A stretch of DNA of 64,000 nt, from positions 76,508,001-76,572,000 of the forward strand of contig OX597824.1 of the NCBI GenBank assembly GCA_951406725.2, read 5' to 3'. The translations under genes were made by a program, and so were the position numbers. Source of the stretch: Octopus vulgaris. Its lineage: Eukaryota. Shown piece by piece: positions 1 through 13,389 of this stretch. The notes beneath the pieces are model-generated. The model worked only from the letters and a program-made list of their open reading frames with translations, did not search any database and was not told the origin of the DNA. Position 1 is the stretch's first letter; each line of letters opens with the position of its first letter.

Positions 1-194
1 TTTGACTGTGGCCATACTGGGACACGCCTTTAGTCGAGCTAATCGACCTCAGGACTTATTTGTAAGCCTAGTACTTATTCTATCGGTCTCTTTTGCAGAA
101 CTGCTAAGTTACTGGGACGTAAACACACCAGCATCGGTTGTGAAGCGATGTTGAGGCGGGGGGCGAAAACAGATACACAAACATATACACACAC

Positions 195-253
<59 letters not shown>

Positions 254-410
254 CTTCTTTCAGTTTCCGTCTACCAAATCCACTCACAAGACTTTGGTCA
301 TCCCGAGGTTATAGTAGAAGACACTTTCCCAAAGTGCTACGCAGTGGGACTGAATCTAGAACCATGTGGTTCGTGAGAAAGCTACTTACCACACAGCCAC
401 GCCTGCGCCT
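1..410 (-). mobile_element. tRNA-derived SINE, family A (runs off window start)
   Basis: Minus-strand head aggcgcaggcgtggctgtgtggtaag with A-box and ttcagtccc B-box, internal (TA)n/(CA)n, shared tail; more than 10 copies in the window. Confidence 0.9.
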
Positions 411-468
411 ATATATATATTTATTATTATTAAAGTGTCGTTACCATTGTTATTATTATTATTATCAT

Positions 469-519
<51 letters not shown>

Positions 520-601
520 TAATAATAATAATAATAATAGTTATAATTATAATTGTAATAAAATGGCCAGCAAGTTTAACCTATATAGGTAAAATATACA
601 A

Positions 602-950
602 ATAAATAGAGTAGGCTATCAGAATATCACTTGCCAGGAAGAGGAACTACACTCAAAACCACAATTTTCTCACTATTAATGAATACGTACGGTGTAATGT
701 GATGGATATTTTCAAAAATAGATGAATATAGTGGGCCTGGCTGACGATCCTTCAGTACAAAAGTAGTAAAGGTGAAATCAATTGATACCAGGATATCTGT
801 TTCTTGCTTTTGCAGTTTATATAAGATAAGCCTATTCTATTATATCCGTTGCATTCACCGTGCGTATTTATTAATAGTGAGAAATTTGTGGTTTTGAGGT
901 GTTAGCTCCTCTTTCTAACAAGTGGTGTTCTGATACCCTACTGTATTTAT
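602..950 (+). mobile_element. Foldback element (arms 602-709 and 842-950) with a hammerhead in the loop; Penelope-pLTR or retrozyme-like
   Basis: Arms are ~85% reverse-complementary by eye; right end abuts (TA)n. Confidence 0.75.
736..792 (+). ncRNA. Type I hammerhead ribozyme motif
   Basis: cctgg-CTGACGA-t-cctt..aagg-t-GAA-atcaattgat-A-ccagg: stem I cctgg/ccagg, intact core, palindromic stem III, AUA cleavage triplet. Confidence 0.85.
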
Positions 951-1229
951 ATATATATATATATATATATATACAGACACACACACACAAACACACACAC
1001 ACATACACACACACACACAAACACAAACACACGCGCACACATGTATATATGGAAGTTTTAACGAAAATTAATATAGTTTTTTTAAATATGAAGGGGACTT
1101 TTTCAAAATAATCATTTATAAAAGTTGTATAATCTTTTATCAAGGTGTTACTAACCTTTATTGGAACAAGCTTGTTTTCCTAGTGCGATAGCACTCTCGA
1201 TTAACCTTTTCAAACGCCCGTGCTCTTAG

Positions 1230-1325
<96 letters not shown>

Positions 1326-1380
1326 TATATTTATATATATATATATATAGACATATATACATATATACATATATACATAT

Positions 1381-1413
<33 letters not shown>

Positions 1414-1422
1414 TATACACAC

Positions 1423-1462
<40 letters not shown>

Positions 1463-1918
1463 GGTTGGTAAAGACATTTATAAATGACGTAGAAATTTCA
1501 CACACCCTTGGCTTTGTTGTCTCATTTTCTTTAACACACACACACACACAGACACACAAGCACACACACACACACACGCACACACACACAAGCACACACA
1601 CACACACACGCACACACACACGCACACATATAGTTTTCTTTCATTCTTTTAATGGGTTTAATCGTAGGACTACGGCCGTGCTGGGTCACCACCTAAAAAT
1701 TTTAAAATCAGTTTTGTTACTTTATGGCAAGAAGTTGGTCTTTGATTCAAGTTTGATTTAAGTTTCCTGAGTCTGTCTTTGAATGGTTAGCTGGGCCGGT
1801 ATCGCCGTTAGGAAATTTATCAAATGGTTTTACCTTTAATATTTCGGTAAAGGCGGTGCTCCAGCATGGCCACAGTCAAATGACTGAAACAAGCAAAAGA
1901 GTAAAAGAGCAACGAAGA

Positions 1919-2259
1919 TATACATTTGAGATCATTGAATTCTTCTTCCATATCGAACACATTCAGATGGAAAACATACAGATAAATTCAGATTGAGAGC
2001 AGAAAATACAATAGAACTTATACCATCTAAAAAAAACATACAAAACCATTCAAACCGGATCTTTTAAATCACATATATGCATCCAATTTCAAAACACATT
2101 ATCCCGTATTAACCGGTCTTCGCGCAATTTATTTACACTATGTGTTTCGTCAGTCAAGATGAAACTTCTGTATTGTGTTTTGTGCTCCAAATCCGACCTT
2201 ATCTGTATGTTTTCAAGGTGTTCCAAACGGAAGAAAATCCAATGATCTCAAATGTATGA
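1919..2259. mobile_element. MITE-like element with ~100-bp imperfect inverted ends
   Basis: tacatttgagatcattg / caatgatctcaaatgta and aaaacatacagataa / ttatctgtatgtttt are inverted pairs. Confidence 0.6.
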
Positions 2260-2889
2260 AATTTACGTTTTTTTATCTTTTAGATATTTCCTACATACTT
2301 GGTGAAGCAGCAACATTTTGGGGGTGAAAAACCTAACTTGTGCTGTTTCATACTCTGCTATTAATAATCCGTATGTAAAGTATGCTCTTTGAGGAGGGGG
2401 GATATTTCAGTGTGTGTGAGAGAAAGAGAGAGAGAGAGAGAGAGAGCGTGCTCGTGTGCGTCTGTATGTGTATGTATATATGTATGTATGTATGTTTGTA
2501 TGTATGTATGTATGTATGTATGTATGTATGTATGTATGTATGTATGTACGTACGTATTTTGCTTCAGTATTCGTTTCCCAAACTATTTTTCTACATGTAT
2601 TTCTTTGCCCAGTCTTGGTATTTAACATGTTTGGAATAGCACCGTTTTTAATACTGTATGCTCTCCATTATATAAACTGACACACAAGGCAATTATATAA
2701 ACACACACACACAAGGCAATTATAACAGGTATTTATCCAACATCACTAGCAGACAGAAATAGCCAGAGCATTTAGCGTCTAATTAGCCGATGTGATTTAC
2801 TTAGCGTCTAAATTAGCCGATGCTAAATTACACCGAACCTTAATATCGAATTCAAATTTTGGTATCCCATCAGTTAAGTTTGGAGGAGG

Positions 2890-3070
2890 TGCTAAGTCGA
2901 TTAAGTCGACCCCAGTATTCAACTGATACTCAGTTTTCAACTGTTATTTTATCGACCCCGGAAAGATGAAAGGCAAAGTCGACCCTGGCGGGACTTGAAC
3001 TCAGAACGTACAGACATAATGCCGTTATGAATTAGTGGCATTTTGCCCCGCGCGGTAACGATTCTATCAG
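2890..3070 (-). mobile_element. SINE family B, degraded
   Basis: atcgaccccggaaagatgaaaggcaaagtcgac...ttgaactcagaacg matches other family B copies. Confidence 0.8.
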
Positions 3071-4619
3071 CACGTTGTTTCACAAAACCTCAATTTTGAT
3101 GAAAGATTTGAATAGCTATCATTTAGCCAGAGCAATATATATTACGCTTAAGGACAATAAGTAAATTTTCACTGATAACCCCAAATGTAGGTTAATTCCA
3201 AATGTAGGTTAATTAATCCTGCAAGATAATGGAAATAGTTAACAAGCAAATAATATAGGTGATTATTCTTAGAGTAAATTATACGATATCTCCGCTTTTA
3301 TGGATCAAGTATACAAGTATTAGAATGGTGGTGTGGACTTCACGATAAACAGATTTTCTTTATCTTGGCTTTGCTGATGTCCATTATTTGATCACTAAAA
3401 CACGACTTCTCAAAGTTTTGGACTTTGCAAATACTATGCTACGGGTTCGCAACTCGGTCTGTAATATAATTATGCATACAAGGAAATCTCTCTCATTTTT
3501 CTTTTAATGAGTGAAGGAGATCCTTGTACCAGGTTAAAAATGCATGTAGGGAACCTCAGTTGTGCAAGCTTTTGAAAATTCATATCGTAGACCTTTTGTA
3601 TGAAACATTTTTCTCGAGATAAGAAGTGGAATTTATAGGGACGACAGATTCAGAAATATGAGAAATATGACGAATCTAGATCCAGAAATATCCAGAAATA
3701 TGAGCGGACACGAACTAAATAGATTTAAGGAACACATATTAACAGAAATATAATAATGCATTTCGAAGAAAACTCATCATATAATAGTTAATATTTTCAG
3801 ACATCAATTGAATATAAATACAAAGCAGCTTAAACCTTTTACAAATGTCTTATAAAATTAATTATATATAAACATATTTCTATTCATCCTCCAAGCATAT
3901 TATGCAATTTAATTGCTATCACTCGTCGCAAGATCAACAAGTATGTACAGACAAAGCCATGTTTACCATTTCTCGCTGAGAATGGATAATATCCATTTAA
4001 CGTCTCAAAGTGTAGGATTAAAAATGCAAAATCTTGTGGTATAATCCTGTCTTAAGTTTAAGCTGGAAACAAGCATAGCAAAAGAGTTTTTCTAAATTTT
4101 ATCTTCCATTTTCCAATGAAACACAACTACCATGTGTGTAATGTAAATTTGACTAAAGTTAGCTAATCTGCATAAAGCCCATTACGAGTTTCATCAAAAG
4201 TTAAAATACAAAAGAGTGCTCTAGCAGAATTACTTCACTGTATGTAGCTACCTTTAACGTTTATGATAATTTCTACTTAAGTGCAATTAAGTGGCGAAGC
4301 CATTGGTATTATGCAATAAATTATTAACCTGAGCAACAATTCATGGCAGAAGTTTTATTGCAATGACAGAACACAATTTTACAGATCGTATTTACCAGTA
4401 GTGACATTTCTCTAATGACCTATAATAAAAATTTCTCACTGCTTCATTAAAATATATATGGCTTTTGAGAGACTTAAGTCTACATACATTCAAAGCAGCT
4501 TAATCAGTATCAGATCTAACATCATCGAATGGACATGGAAATTTTGGTCGAAATTACATTTCCAGTTATGCCTAGCTAAAAAGATGTCTATAAAGTATTG
4601 CGATGATTTTTGTTTTGTC

Positions 4620-4888
4620 TTTTACATGTTACAGCCATTAAACTGCGGCCAAGCTGGAACACCGCCTTCAATAATTTTTAGTTGACTGAATCAACTTCAG
4701 ATCTTAATTCCTTTTTTAAAGCCTAGTACTTATCCTGTCGGTCTCTCTTGACGAACCGCTACGTGACGAGTACGTAAACGCACCAACATTGTTGTCAAGC
4801 AGTGGTGGGGGACAAACAGACACACACACATAATCGATAAGCTTCTTTCGGTTGCTTTGGTTGCCCCGAGACTATAGGGACCATGTGT
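4620..4888 (-). mobile_element. SINE family A, degraded and deleted
   Basis: Tail ctgcggccaagctggaacaccgcc and body gcctagtacttatc...gggggacaaaca. Confidence 0.75.
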
Positions 4889-4894
4889 GTGTGT

Positions 4895-6550
4895 ATACAT
4901 AAACTAATCAAAGAAGCTTCGATTGAATGTTGATGCATGGCCACCACTTCTAGTCTTGTACCATTCCAGAGTTCATTCTGGATAGAAATGTTACGAAGAA
5001 GTATTACTATTGAGCCGGGTTTTAAACTCAGTTTATGAGGCGCCATTCCTGATCGTGTCAAAGAGTTCAAGAAATTCAAGTGGATAGCGCTCAGCCTCAG
5101 CAAGATCATCGGTCAAAACTTTATCTGTACTATAACAGGTGCAGCAGTCACCTGGAAGTTGTCTCAAAACTTCTTCATAGATCAGGAAGCAGTCTTAGTT
5201 CTTTGGCGTAAAAATGACTGCTTCTTCTTTCTTCCGCAGATGTATTGTTGAAGATATCATCCATCAGAGAGCCGTCAACGCGTGAAATATGAGGCACTTC
5301 TATGTCATCAACAGCAAGATTAGAATCTTGTGGAGCTGCATATGTTCCGTTGCCAAGATACAAGAGCCATGCTGAAAATTCCCTTTGATCTGCAGTTGAT
5401 CTGGCTTAATCTGTATTGGATGAAATTCAGCCATGGAGGAGAATTTTTAATACAGATTTCAATAATTGCCTCACGAGCTCCTCTTAGCAATATGGGTAGG
5501 ACTTGCTTAAAGTCTCCTCCCAAGAGCATAAATTTACCACCAAAAACAGCAGCAATGCTAGTGATATCTTGCAAAGATCTATCAAAAGCATGAAGTGCAA
5601 ATGAAGGGATCATAGAAACCTCATCCAAGATGATCAAATCCAGGTTTCGTAAATAATTTGCATGGTCTGAAGTGGCTGGTACATTACAAACACTAGCATC
5701 CGTGAGTGGGACAGGCAACTTGAACAAACTATGGATAGTCTTTCCACCTGACAGTAGTGTAAAGGCAATGCCTGTCCAAGCACCACTGCACATGTTGCAG
5801 TTGTTCCTTCGCAGATAACAAATTATGGTATTAAACATAAGTTTTACCACAGGCGTAGGAGTGGCTGTGTGGTAAGTAGCTTGCTTACCAACCACATGGC
5901 TCCGGATTCAGTCCCACTGCGTGGCACCTTGGGCAAGTGTCTTCTATAGCCTCGGGCCGACCAAAGCCTTGTGAGTGGATTTGGTAGACGGAAACTGAAA
6001 GAAGCCTGTCGTATATATGTAAACATATACATGTATGTGTGTATGAGTGTCTGTGTATGTTTGTGTGTATGTGTTTGTCCCCCCAACATCGCTTGACAAC
6101 CGATGGTGGTGTGTTTACGTCCCCGTAACTTAGCGGTTCAGCAAAAGAGACCGATAGAATAAGTACTGGGCTTCCAAAGAATAAGTCCTGGGGTCGATTT
6201 GCTCGACTAAGGGCGGTGCTCAAGCATGGCTCCAGTCACATGACTGAAACAAGTAAGTAAAGAGTAACCTCCTGGTGCATCTGCATAGAAACAGGAGTGG
6301 TTGGGCATCTCACCTCTCCTCTTTTTTTTTATCTACAGATTCAAGCACAGCATTAGCAAACTGTCTTTGTTCATTAGTAAGTGTTGCAATGCATGGGTGA
6401 TCGAGGTCTTCACGATGATCAAGCTGCGGTACTCCAATAGGTTCAGGCAGCCCAGTTGCTAAACAATTAATGTCTGCAGTACCGTGTTTTCTGTGTGTTC
6501 TGCATTAAAACCTTGGTGCAAGAAATCTTCAATTCGAATCTTCTATGTTT
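4895..6550 (-). pseudogene. Helitron RepHel PIF1-family helicase fragment, frameshifted and SINE-interrupted
   Basis: LTNEQ Q-motif, FYADAPGG/GKT Walker A, WTGIA..GGKTIHSLFKLP, IILDEVSM, FGGK..LLGGDFKQVLP, FLNSL..SG..PHKLSLKPG..VILLRN..NGTRL. Confidence 0.9.
5851..6265 (+). mobile_element. SINE family A, full length
   Basis: aggcgtaggagtggctgtgtgg head through tgactgaaacaagtaag tail. Confidence 0.92.
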
Positions 6551-6768
6551 TAATCACAGCCCCCTTTATTTTTGCACAGTTTGTTTTCAATTTTGGTGTA
6601 TCGATGCAGTTTTGAATTTTGATTATTCTCAGGTAATTACGTTATCTCGTAAATTAAGAATCTGATGGGATCATTTCGGCTTGAACAGCAGTTTTTTCTA
6701 GCGATGTCATATGAAATTGTCACCCATAATTATGACCCTAGTATCGATCTATTGCATTTCAATCTGTT

Positions 6769-6808
6769 TTAGGGTTAGGGTTAGAGTTAGGGTTAGTTAG
6801 GGTTAGGG
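6769..6808 (+). repeat. Short interstitial (TTAGGG)n-like cluster
   Basis: ttagggttagggttagagttagggttagttagggttaggg. Confidence 0.8.
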
Positions 6809-7299
6809 GTGGGAGGAAGGGTATCTTTTTTTCTTCACAAATGTAAATAAACCCAATCTGTTTCTTAAACGAGGGACATATTCATACGGCACAGAATGTT
6901 TTCACCTCAATAGACGTCATTGTTTGGTAGAAATTGCAGAAATTGCAGAAAAAAAACCCAACAAATATCTTACAAACTATAGAATTTTCTCAATAAAGCC
7001 AAGAGAAAAAGATGTTTTATAAACACATTCTACCAGTATACGAAGTTTAAAAGTGTTTAGTTACATGGAAATAATAGCGTCAGTGGAAGTACTCTTTTTA
7101 AACACAATGATATTCATGTATATATACTCGAACATTTCCACAAAAAAGAAAATATAATCAACTAAATCATATTTTGATAAATCGGCAATGTAAGGAACTG
7201 CTTGCTGTTAGATGTTAGAACATACCAGTATGTCATATCAAGAGTGACATTAGTTAGTAATGGGGACAATTCTATTTGATGGTAAGGGCTAAAGAGAAG

Positions 7300-8200
7300 G
7301 AAGGACTACCAAAGTTGAAAGACGATAGAAGTAAATGTGAATTTGTAATTGAGTGTCGAAATCAATATGTTGTGCCTGAAGCTATAGCTGAAGACGTGAA
7401 CATCAATGACCCGTGTTAGAATGCAAAGGAAGTACATCAATATGTAACCGAAGGTGTTCTGGGCTGAAGAAAGATAAAATGGATTTCGCATGAGACATGG
7501 GAAGTTATTGAGCAACGAAAGGAACGAGAGAGAATTCTGAAACTTGAAGAGAGTATAAGATGAACATTATATTTGAAATAGTTAATATTGGAGTCTCAAT
7601 AGAGAGTGTGAAAAGATGCAGGAAAAGATTTTTAAAAGGCTTCTGGAAATGAAAACTGATGAAGTAGAGAAATTACTAAATGTAGCAGGAAAGGAATCAT
7701 AAAAGCTTTTGAAATAATACATAATATTACAGGCAAAGCAATGAGATCAAAAAGACAACTTGTGTATAGCATTGCTGGGGAACTAATAAGATCTAATATA
7801 ATCGTGCAAGAAAGAGAGAAAATGCCATTTTAACGCAGTCATGAACAAGGGATTTAATAGGAGAAATTATCTGTTAATTCCTGAAACGCATGAAGAGCTG
7901 AAGAGACTACATAAAACTTCTGTCAAGGAGATGCCATCGAGCAATTAAAAAGTAAAACCGAAAAGCCCTCGGATTAGTTGGGATTCCAGGAAAAATATCA
8001 AAAACAGGTAGCACGTGGATATGCGAGCTGTGTAAGATTGTAATGATCAGATGTTTTTGATCAGATGTTTTTATACAACATACATCCACTTAAGACAGAC
8101 TTCGAAAATGGCTTTTGTAGATTTTGTAAAGCTCTGATTGCATATATATGTGTACTGTTTTGAAGGCACAACATTAGTATGCATTAGTGTGGTCTGATGG
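7300..8200 (+). pseudogene. Highly degraded RTE-like LINE ORF
   Basis: KWISHETWEVIEQRK at 7477, RKALGLVGIP (KAPG.DGIP-like) near 7960, MAFVDFVKA RT motif at 8108. Confidence 0.65.
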
Positions 8201-10145
8201 TAATTACTAAAAAACAAGCAAGAAGTAAATTTCGAGGAACCATAATCGTTTACTCTCAGTTAAATTTTAAGATGGGAGCAGGGTACTGTAGGGATGTGCT
8301 CTGTCGTGTTTGTTGTTCTAAAAAAAATACATCATGGCAAAAATAGTCAGAAATGGAATAGAAAGAAGCGAATGGATTTATAGAAAGCATTTTCCAGTTT
8401 GAATTGTTGACGTTGTTTATTCAAGAAGCATAAAAGTAAACTAATATTGAGATATAGGTGCGTACAATCATATTTAATACGTTCGTATGCACTGGACAGA
8501 GAAATCGTCTTATAGGCAATATGTGCAAAACAACAAAAATAATACACAACTGGACCATGAATGACCTTCTCGGACGGTAGAACACAAGCATTTCTGCGTC
8601 ATTACACTTCATCAGTGCGTGTCACAGAAATGTACGCGTCCTGAAGTCTGATGACGTAATTTATGGCCCAGTGATGTGCTTTTCACCTATATTATTTATT
8701 CGGTACAATTTTTTCTCTCAAGTCAATTTCTGCGTCCTATTGACTTTCAATCCATGCCCGAGTGTACACGAATATGTTAAATATTATTATACACAGTTAT
8801 ATTTCATTCAACGCTACTTGGTGCACTTCTTGCTGATATATTGTGATATAAGGGCTTGTCGATATAGGTAAAGTAATCGGCCCAACACCAATAAAGCCAA
8901 AAAATTATGAATACCGAATAAGCGAAAAGAATAAATATTTAATCGACTAAACATATCAGACGAGTTACATATGAACGTTTATGGTCAGCGATGATTATTC
9001 GCTAGAAGCTTAATGTAATGACAGTTTTAAGAAGGTAAATCAAGCTATGGGGATAACTTTAGATGTATACAAATCACTTATATTAATGACCAATGAAAAT
9101 TAAATTTGTTAAACATGACATTTGTAAGACATTCTAGTAAGTAGCGTTTTAATACATTGAAGAGTATCATGGGGAAGCAATCACACACTGGATAATTGTT
9201 TTAGTGTCTTTGAAAATAACATTTTCATGAAGATAAGTCTATGTATGAGTAGACGACGGAGACTTCCGATGTCTTGTCTGAAGCTATTGCAAAGAAAACG
9301 AGGAGAATACGAATGGAAGACGCTTAAACCAGAAGCGCAGAATATACAAGATTTTCCAGAATGCACAGAGACACTTTAAGTGAAGAGGAGTAGAAATAGC
9401 AGTAACAGTCGCGCACACATACCTACACACTCATGCATACGCGCACATACATACACACGTACACATAGGCATATAAGCACACACATACACACAGGCGCAC
9501 ACAATAGTCCATTGCCCCTGCCATCTCGTTTGCTTCACCAATACCTTAATTTTCTCACACTCACACTTGCTCTCACCTTCACATATAACTTCTTTCACAC
9601 CATTCACCTGACGAGGACATGCAGATGCACATACACACGCACACACACACACTACACACACACACACACACACAAAAAATCAGACATCACTACTATTAAC
9701 CAATATCACATTTCCACACTTGCCATGCATGCCTCTGCATACATACATACATACATACATACATACATACATACATACATACATACATACATACATACAT
9801 ACACACACACATACATACATACATACATACATACATACACACATACATACATACATGCACACATACACACATACATACATACGTACATATTAAAACACAC
9901 AACACTCGTTTCTCGTACCCACTATCAAACAGGGATACATTCTTATGCTTGCATTTTCCCTCCCACTTCTCTTTCTCCCTTCTTTACACATCTCCCTATA
10001 CAATAATTTCACTTGTTTTTTAATCCTTTGTCTCCCCCTCAACATCTATTCCCTTTCTCACACCCCCTATGCTCTCTTTCATTCTTCCGATGAAGGACTA
10101 GCGTCCAAAACGAAAAGGCATTTAGTCTTTCTACTCAAGCCTCAG

Positions 10146-11381
10146 GTCAGCCTAGATCCAGCATACCTATGACCAAAGATCTATGATGACCATTGAACAT
10201 TTTCGCCGACTTAGTGTAGCTATGAATACATTATTCGATATTTGGATCCTCATGTTGGGTTTAATGCACCACATTTTGAACATTAAAGCAGCGAAGAGAA
10301 AGTGGATGTTCTTGCACTACTGGTTTTCATGCTAGTATCTCATTTGTAAAATCCTTTCTCTTCCTGTATCGTTACTTTTATCCTTCATTGCATTTATACT
10401 ATATAAATCTGTTTATCTGTGTGCATACGTGTGTACTTGCTGCACGTTTCCTTACATTTGCCATCAAATATATTCAAATCACAAAATTTTGCTTAATCAG
10501 AATGTGCTATGGGATCTATTGGGTTGTCCGGAAAGTTCCTGCCTATTTTTAAAGGAAAGAAAAAGGTCAATAAATACTTGCCATTACATTTTTAATCAAC
10601 CAAATATGAATAATTTTGTTGCACAATGCGTCTCCATCTTTCCTTTAACTTGAAAATACCCCTTCCCAGAATTGAGGTGGTTTCGTGGCAAAGAATTCAT
10701 CAAGGTATCTTTTTACATCATCCAAGGAACTGAAATTTTTACCATTAAGACTATTCTGCAGAGACCTGAATAAGTGGAAATCCGAAGGGGCAATATCTGG
10801 TGAATATGGAGGGTGGGGTAACACATTCCAGCCGAGCTGCAGCAATTTTCCCAGAGCATCAATTGCCGAAATTGAACTTTATCTTCCATTTTAAAGGGTT
10901 ATAGAATTAATACAGGTCATAGGAACATAAACCTTCTTCCACGAAAAGATAGCTTAAACTGTGCTCTAAATGGAGGTGTAGTGAAATCCTATTTGATGCA
11001 CTCAACCATGTTCTAAAATAAGTCGAAAGGTAAGCTACTATAAATCGGCATGACCTTTCCGGACAATCCAATAATTACTCGGAGTAGCTTCTCAACCTGA
11101 CGACCATGCCTGAGTTCATGCATACGATAGCTGGCGTATGTTCACATTCATTATGTTTAGTCTGGTTATTGCTTCTGTTGCTGTTGCTGTTGCTGCTTAG
11201 CCACATGCCAGCCTAGATCCAGCATACCTATGACCAAAGATCCATGATAACTATTCATCTTTTTTCCCTTACTTAACGTAGCTATGACTATATTATTCAA
11301 TATTTGGATCCTCATACTGGTTTTAAGGCACCAAATTTTGGACATTAAAGCAGCGAAGAGAAAATGGTTGTTCGTGCAGTA
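10146..11381 (+). repeat. ~175-bp old direct repeat pair (10146-10320 and 11207-11381)
   Basis: cagcctagatccagcatacctatgaccaaagatc...acattaaagcagcgaagagaaa occurs twice, ~80% identical. Confidence 0.8.
10519..11071 (-). mobile_element. Internally deleted mariner element
   Basis: TA-flanked TIRs ttgggttgtccggaaag / ctttccggacaatccaa; N-terminal MEDKVQFR fused to C-terminal GWNVLPHPPYSPDIAPSDFHLF. Confidence 0.9.
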
Positions 11382-11624
11382 TCCAATTTTCTTCTAGGAA
11401 TAGATTTGGCCTTTATAATGCCTTTCTTTCTTCTCTACACCTTCTATTTGCGAATGGCATTTTCAAATGAAGTTCTTATCAGCATTACTGTTTCAAAGAC
11501 TGAATTTTGTTTGCAGATTATAAAAATGCAGAACACTGAAAAGTCTTCTTGTCATTTTTATCCTTTCTTTTGTCAATCTACAATCTTTAATTCTAGTTTG
11601 TCAGTTGATAGTATATTCTTTTAT

Positions 11625-12072
11625 TCTTATTGTTACAGTCATTAAATTGCTGCCATGGTGGGGCACCGACTTGAAGAATTTTCACTCGAACAAATCGATC
11701 CTGGTATTTATTATTTTTTTAAAGTCTGTTATTTATTCCATCGGACTGTTAGCCGAATCGCTAAGTTACTGGGAGTAACAAACCAACACCGGTTGTCAAT
11801 CGGTGGTGGGAGACAAAGACCGGCACAAAAACACAGACAGAGACACAGATAGACACATACACAGACACACAGAGACAGAGACACATACACACACACACAC
11901 TCACACACATAACGGGATCTTTTCAGTTTCCGTTTACCAAATCCATGCACGAGGCTTTGGTTGGCCTGAGGCTATAGTAGAAGACACTTGCCTAAGGTGC
12001 CATGCAGTTGGAATAACCCCGGAATCATGTGGTTGAGAAGCAAGCACTTACCACGAAACCATGCCTGCGCCT
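11625..12072 (-). mobile_element. SINE family A
   Basis: Tail, body and head (ccatgcctgcgcct) match the family. Confidence 0.85.
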
Positions 12073-12074
12073 AT

Positions 12075-12255
12075 ATGGGGAGAATTCACGAAAAAAGACA
12101 AAATACGAAAACAGGTGGCGTAGAAAACAAACAGATGTATTAGTATAACGCTCAGGAATTGAAAAAGTCTTTTACGTTTCGAGCCTACGCTCTTCTACAG
12201 AAAGGAACACAGAAAGAAACAAGGCGAGAAAAAAATGTGTGTAGTGGCTACCGAT
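12075..12255 (-). mobile_element. Penelope-like pLTR remnant with degenerate hammerhead (12169-12204)
   Basis: Minus strand cttt-CTGTAGA-a-gagc gtag gctc-GAA-acgt-A-aaag; homologous to 47304-47432. Confidence 0.6.
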
Positions 12256-12623
12256 CAATTATCGACGTATACCCCAATGCTATGCTTTCTGTTATTCTAG
12301 ATGTGTATTATTTCCCTTTTGTACAAGCGATAATTTATAATTCATTTTCATTGAAATTAATGTCAAGATCGTATGCTTATATTCACATATTTATTCCCTT
12401 GTGTTATACCCCCTGCTTGTCTGAATGTGTGTTATTTCCCTCCACAAAAATAATCATATTTAATTTCTTTTTTATTGACGTTAATGGTAAGACTTTGAAT
12501 ACTGTAGGCAAACAGTAGGAAACTTTTGTAAGTTTCTTGTTTCTTTCGTCTTTGAGGTTAAAATAGTTTTCCCTTTAGTGAACTATGAAAATATCATTTC
12601 TGGCTCTTTCACAAAGTACTTAT

Positions 12624-13389
12624 TCTTTTCTACTCTAGGCATAAGGCCTGAAATTTTTAGGGAGGGAGCCAGTCGCTTAGATCGACCCCAGTACGCAAAT
12701 GGTGCTTAATTTATCGACCCCGAATAGGCAAAGTCGACCTCGGCAGAATTTGAACTCAGAACGTAGCGGCAGACGAAATACCTATTTCTTTACTACCCAC
12801 AAGGGGTTAAACACAGAAGGGACAAACAAGGAAAGACAATCGGATTAAGTCGATTATATCGACCCCAGTGCGTAACTGGTACTTATTTAATCGACCCAGA
12901 AAGGATGAAAGGCAAAGTCAACCTCGGCGGAATTTGAGCTCAGAACATAGAGACAAACGAAATACCTATTTCTATTTCTTTACTACCCACAAAGGGGTAC
13001 ACACAGAGAGGACAAACAAGGACAGACAAACGGATCAAGTCGATTATATCGACCCCAGTGCGTAACTGGTACTTATTTAATCGACCCCGAAAGGATAAAA
13101 GGCAAAGTCGACCTCGGCGGAATTTGAACTCAGAACGTAGCGGTGGACGAAATACCTATTTCTTTACTACCCAAAAGGCGCTAAACACAGAGAGGGCAAA
13201 CAAGGACAGACAAACGGATTAAGTCGATTATATCGATCCCAGTGCGCAACTGGTACTTAATTTATCGACCCCGAAAGGATGAAAGGCAAAGTGGACCTCG
13301 GCAGAATTTGAACTCAGAACGTAACGGCAGACGAAATGCTGCTAAGTATTTCGACCGGCGTGCTAACGTTTCTGCTAGCTCGCCGCCTT
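12624..13389 (-). mobile_element. Tandem array of four SINE family B units
   Basis: ~185-190-bp period; only the rightmost unit keeps the head (RC aggcggcgagctagcaga); junction cgaaata|cctatttc at 12781, 12965 and 13155. Confidence 0.9.

Noticed and set aside
6769-6808. True telomere
   Set aside because: Only ~40 bp, degenerate and internal
10084-10120. Hammerhead at ccgatgaaggac..gtccaaaacg (similar traces at 14150, 58145, 58545 and 63700)
   Set aside because: GAAA, the core or the cleavage triplet is mutated; treated as decayed relics only
12624-13389. CRISPR-like regular array
   Set aside because: Units are whole ~190-bp SINE bodies with no unique spacers and no cas genes; context is eukaryotic
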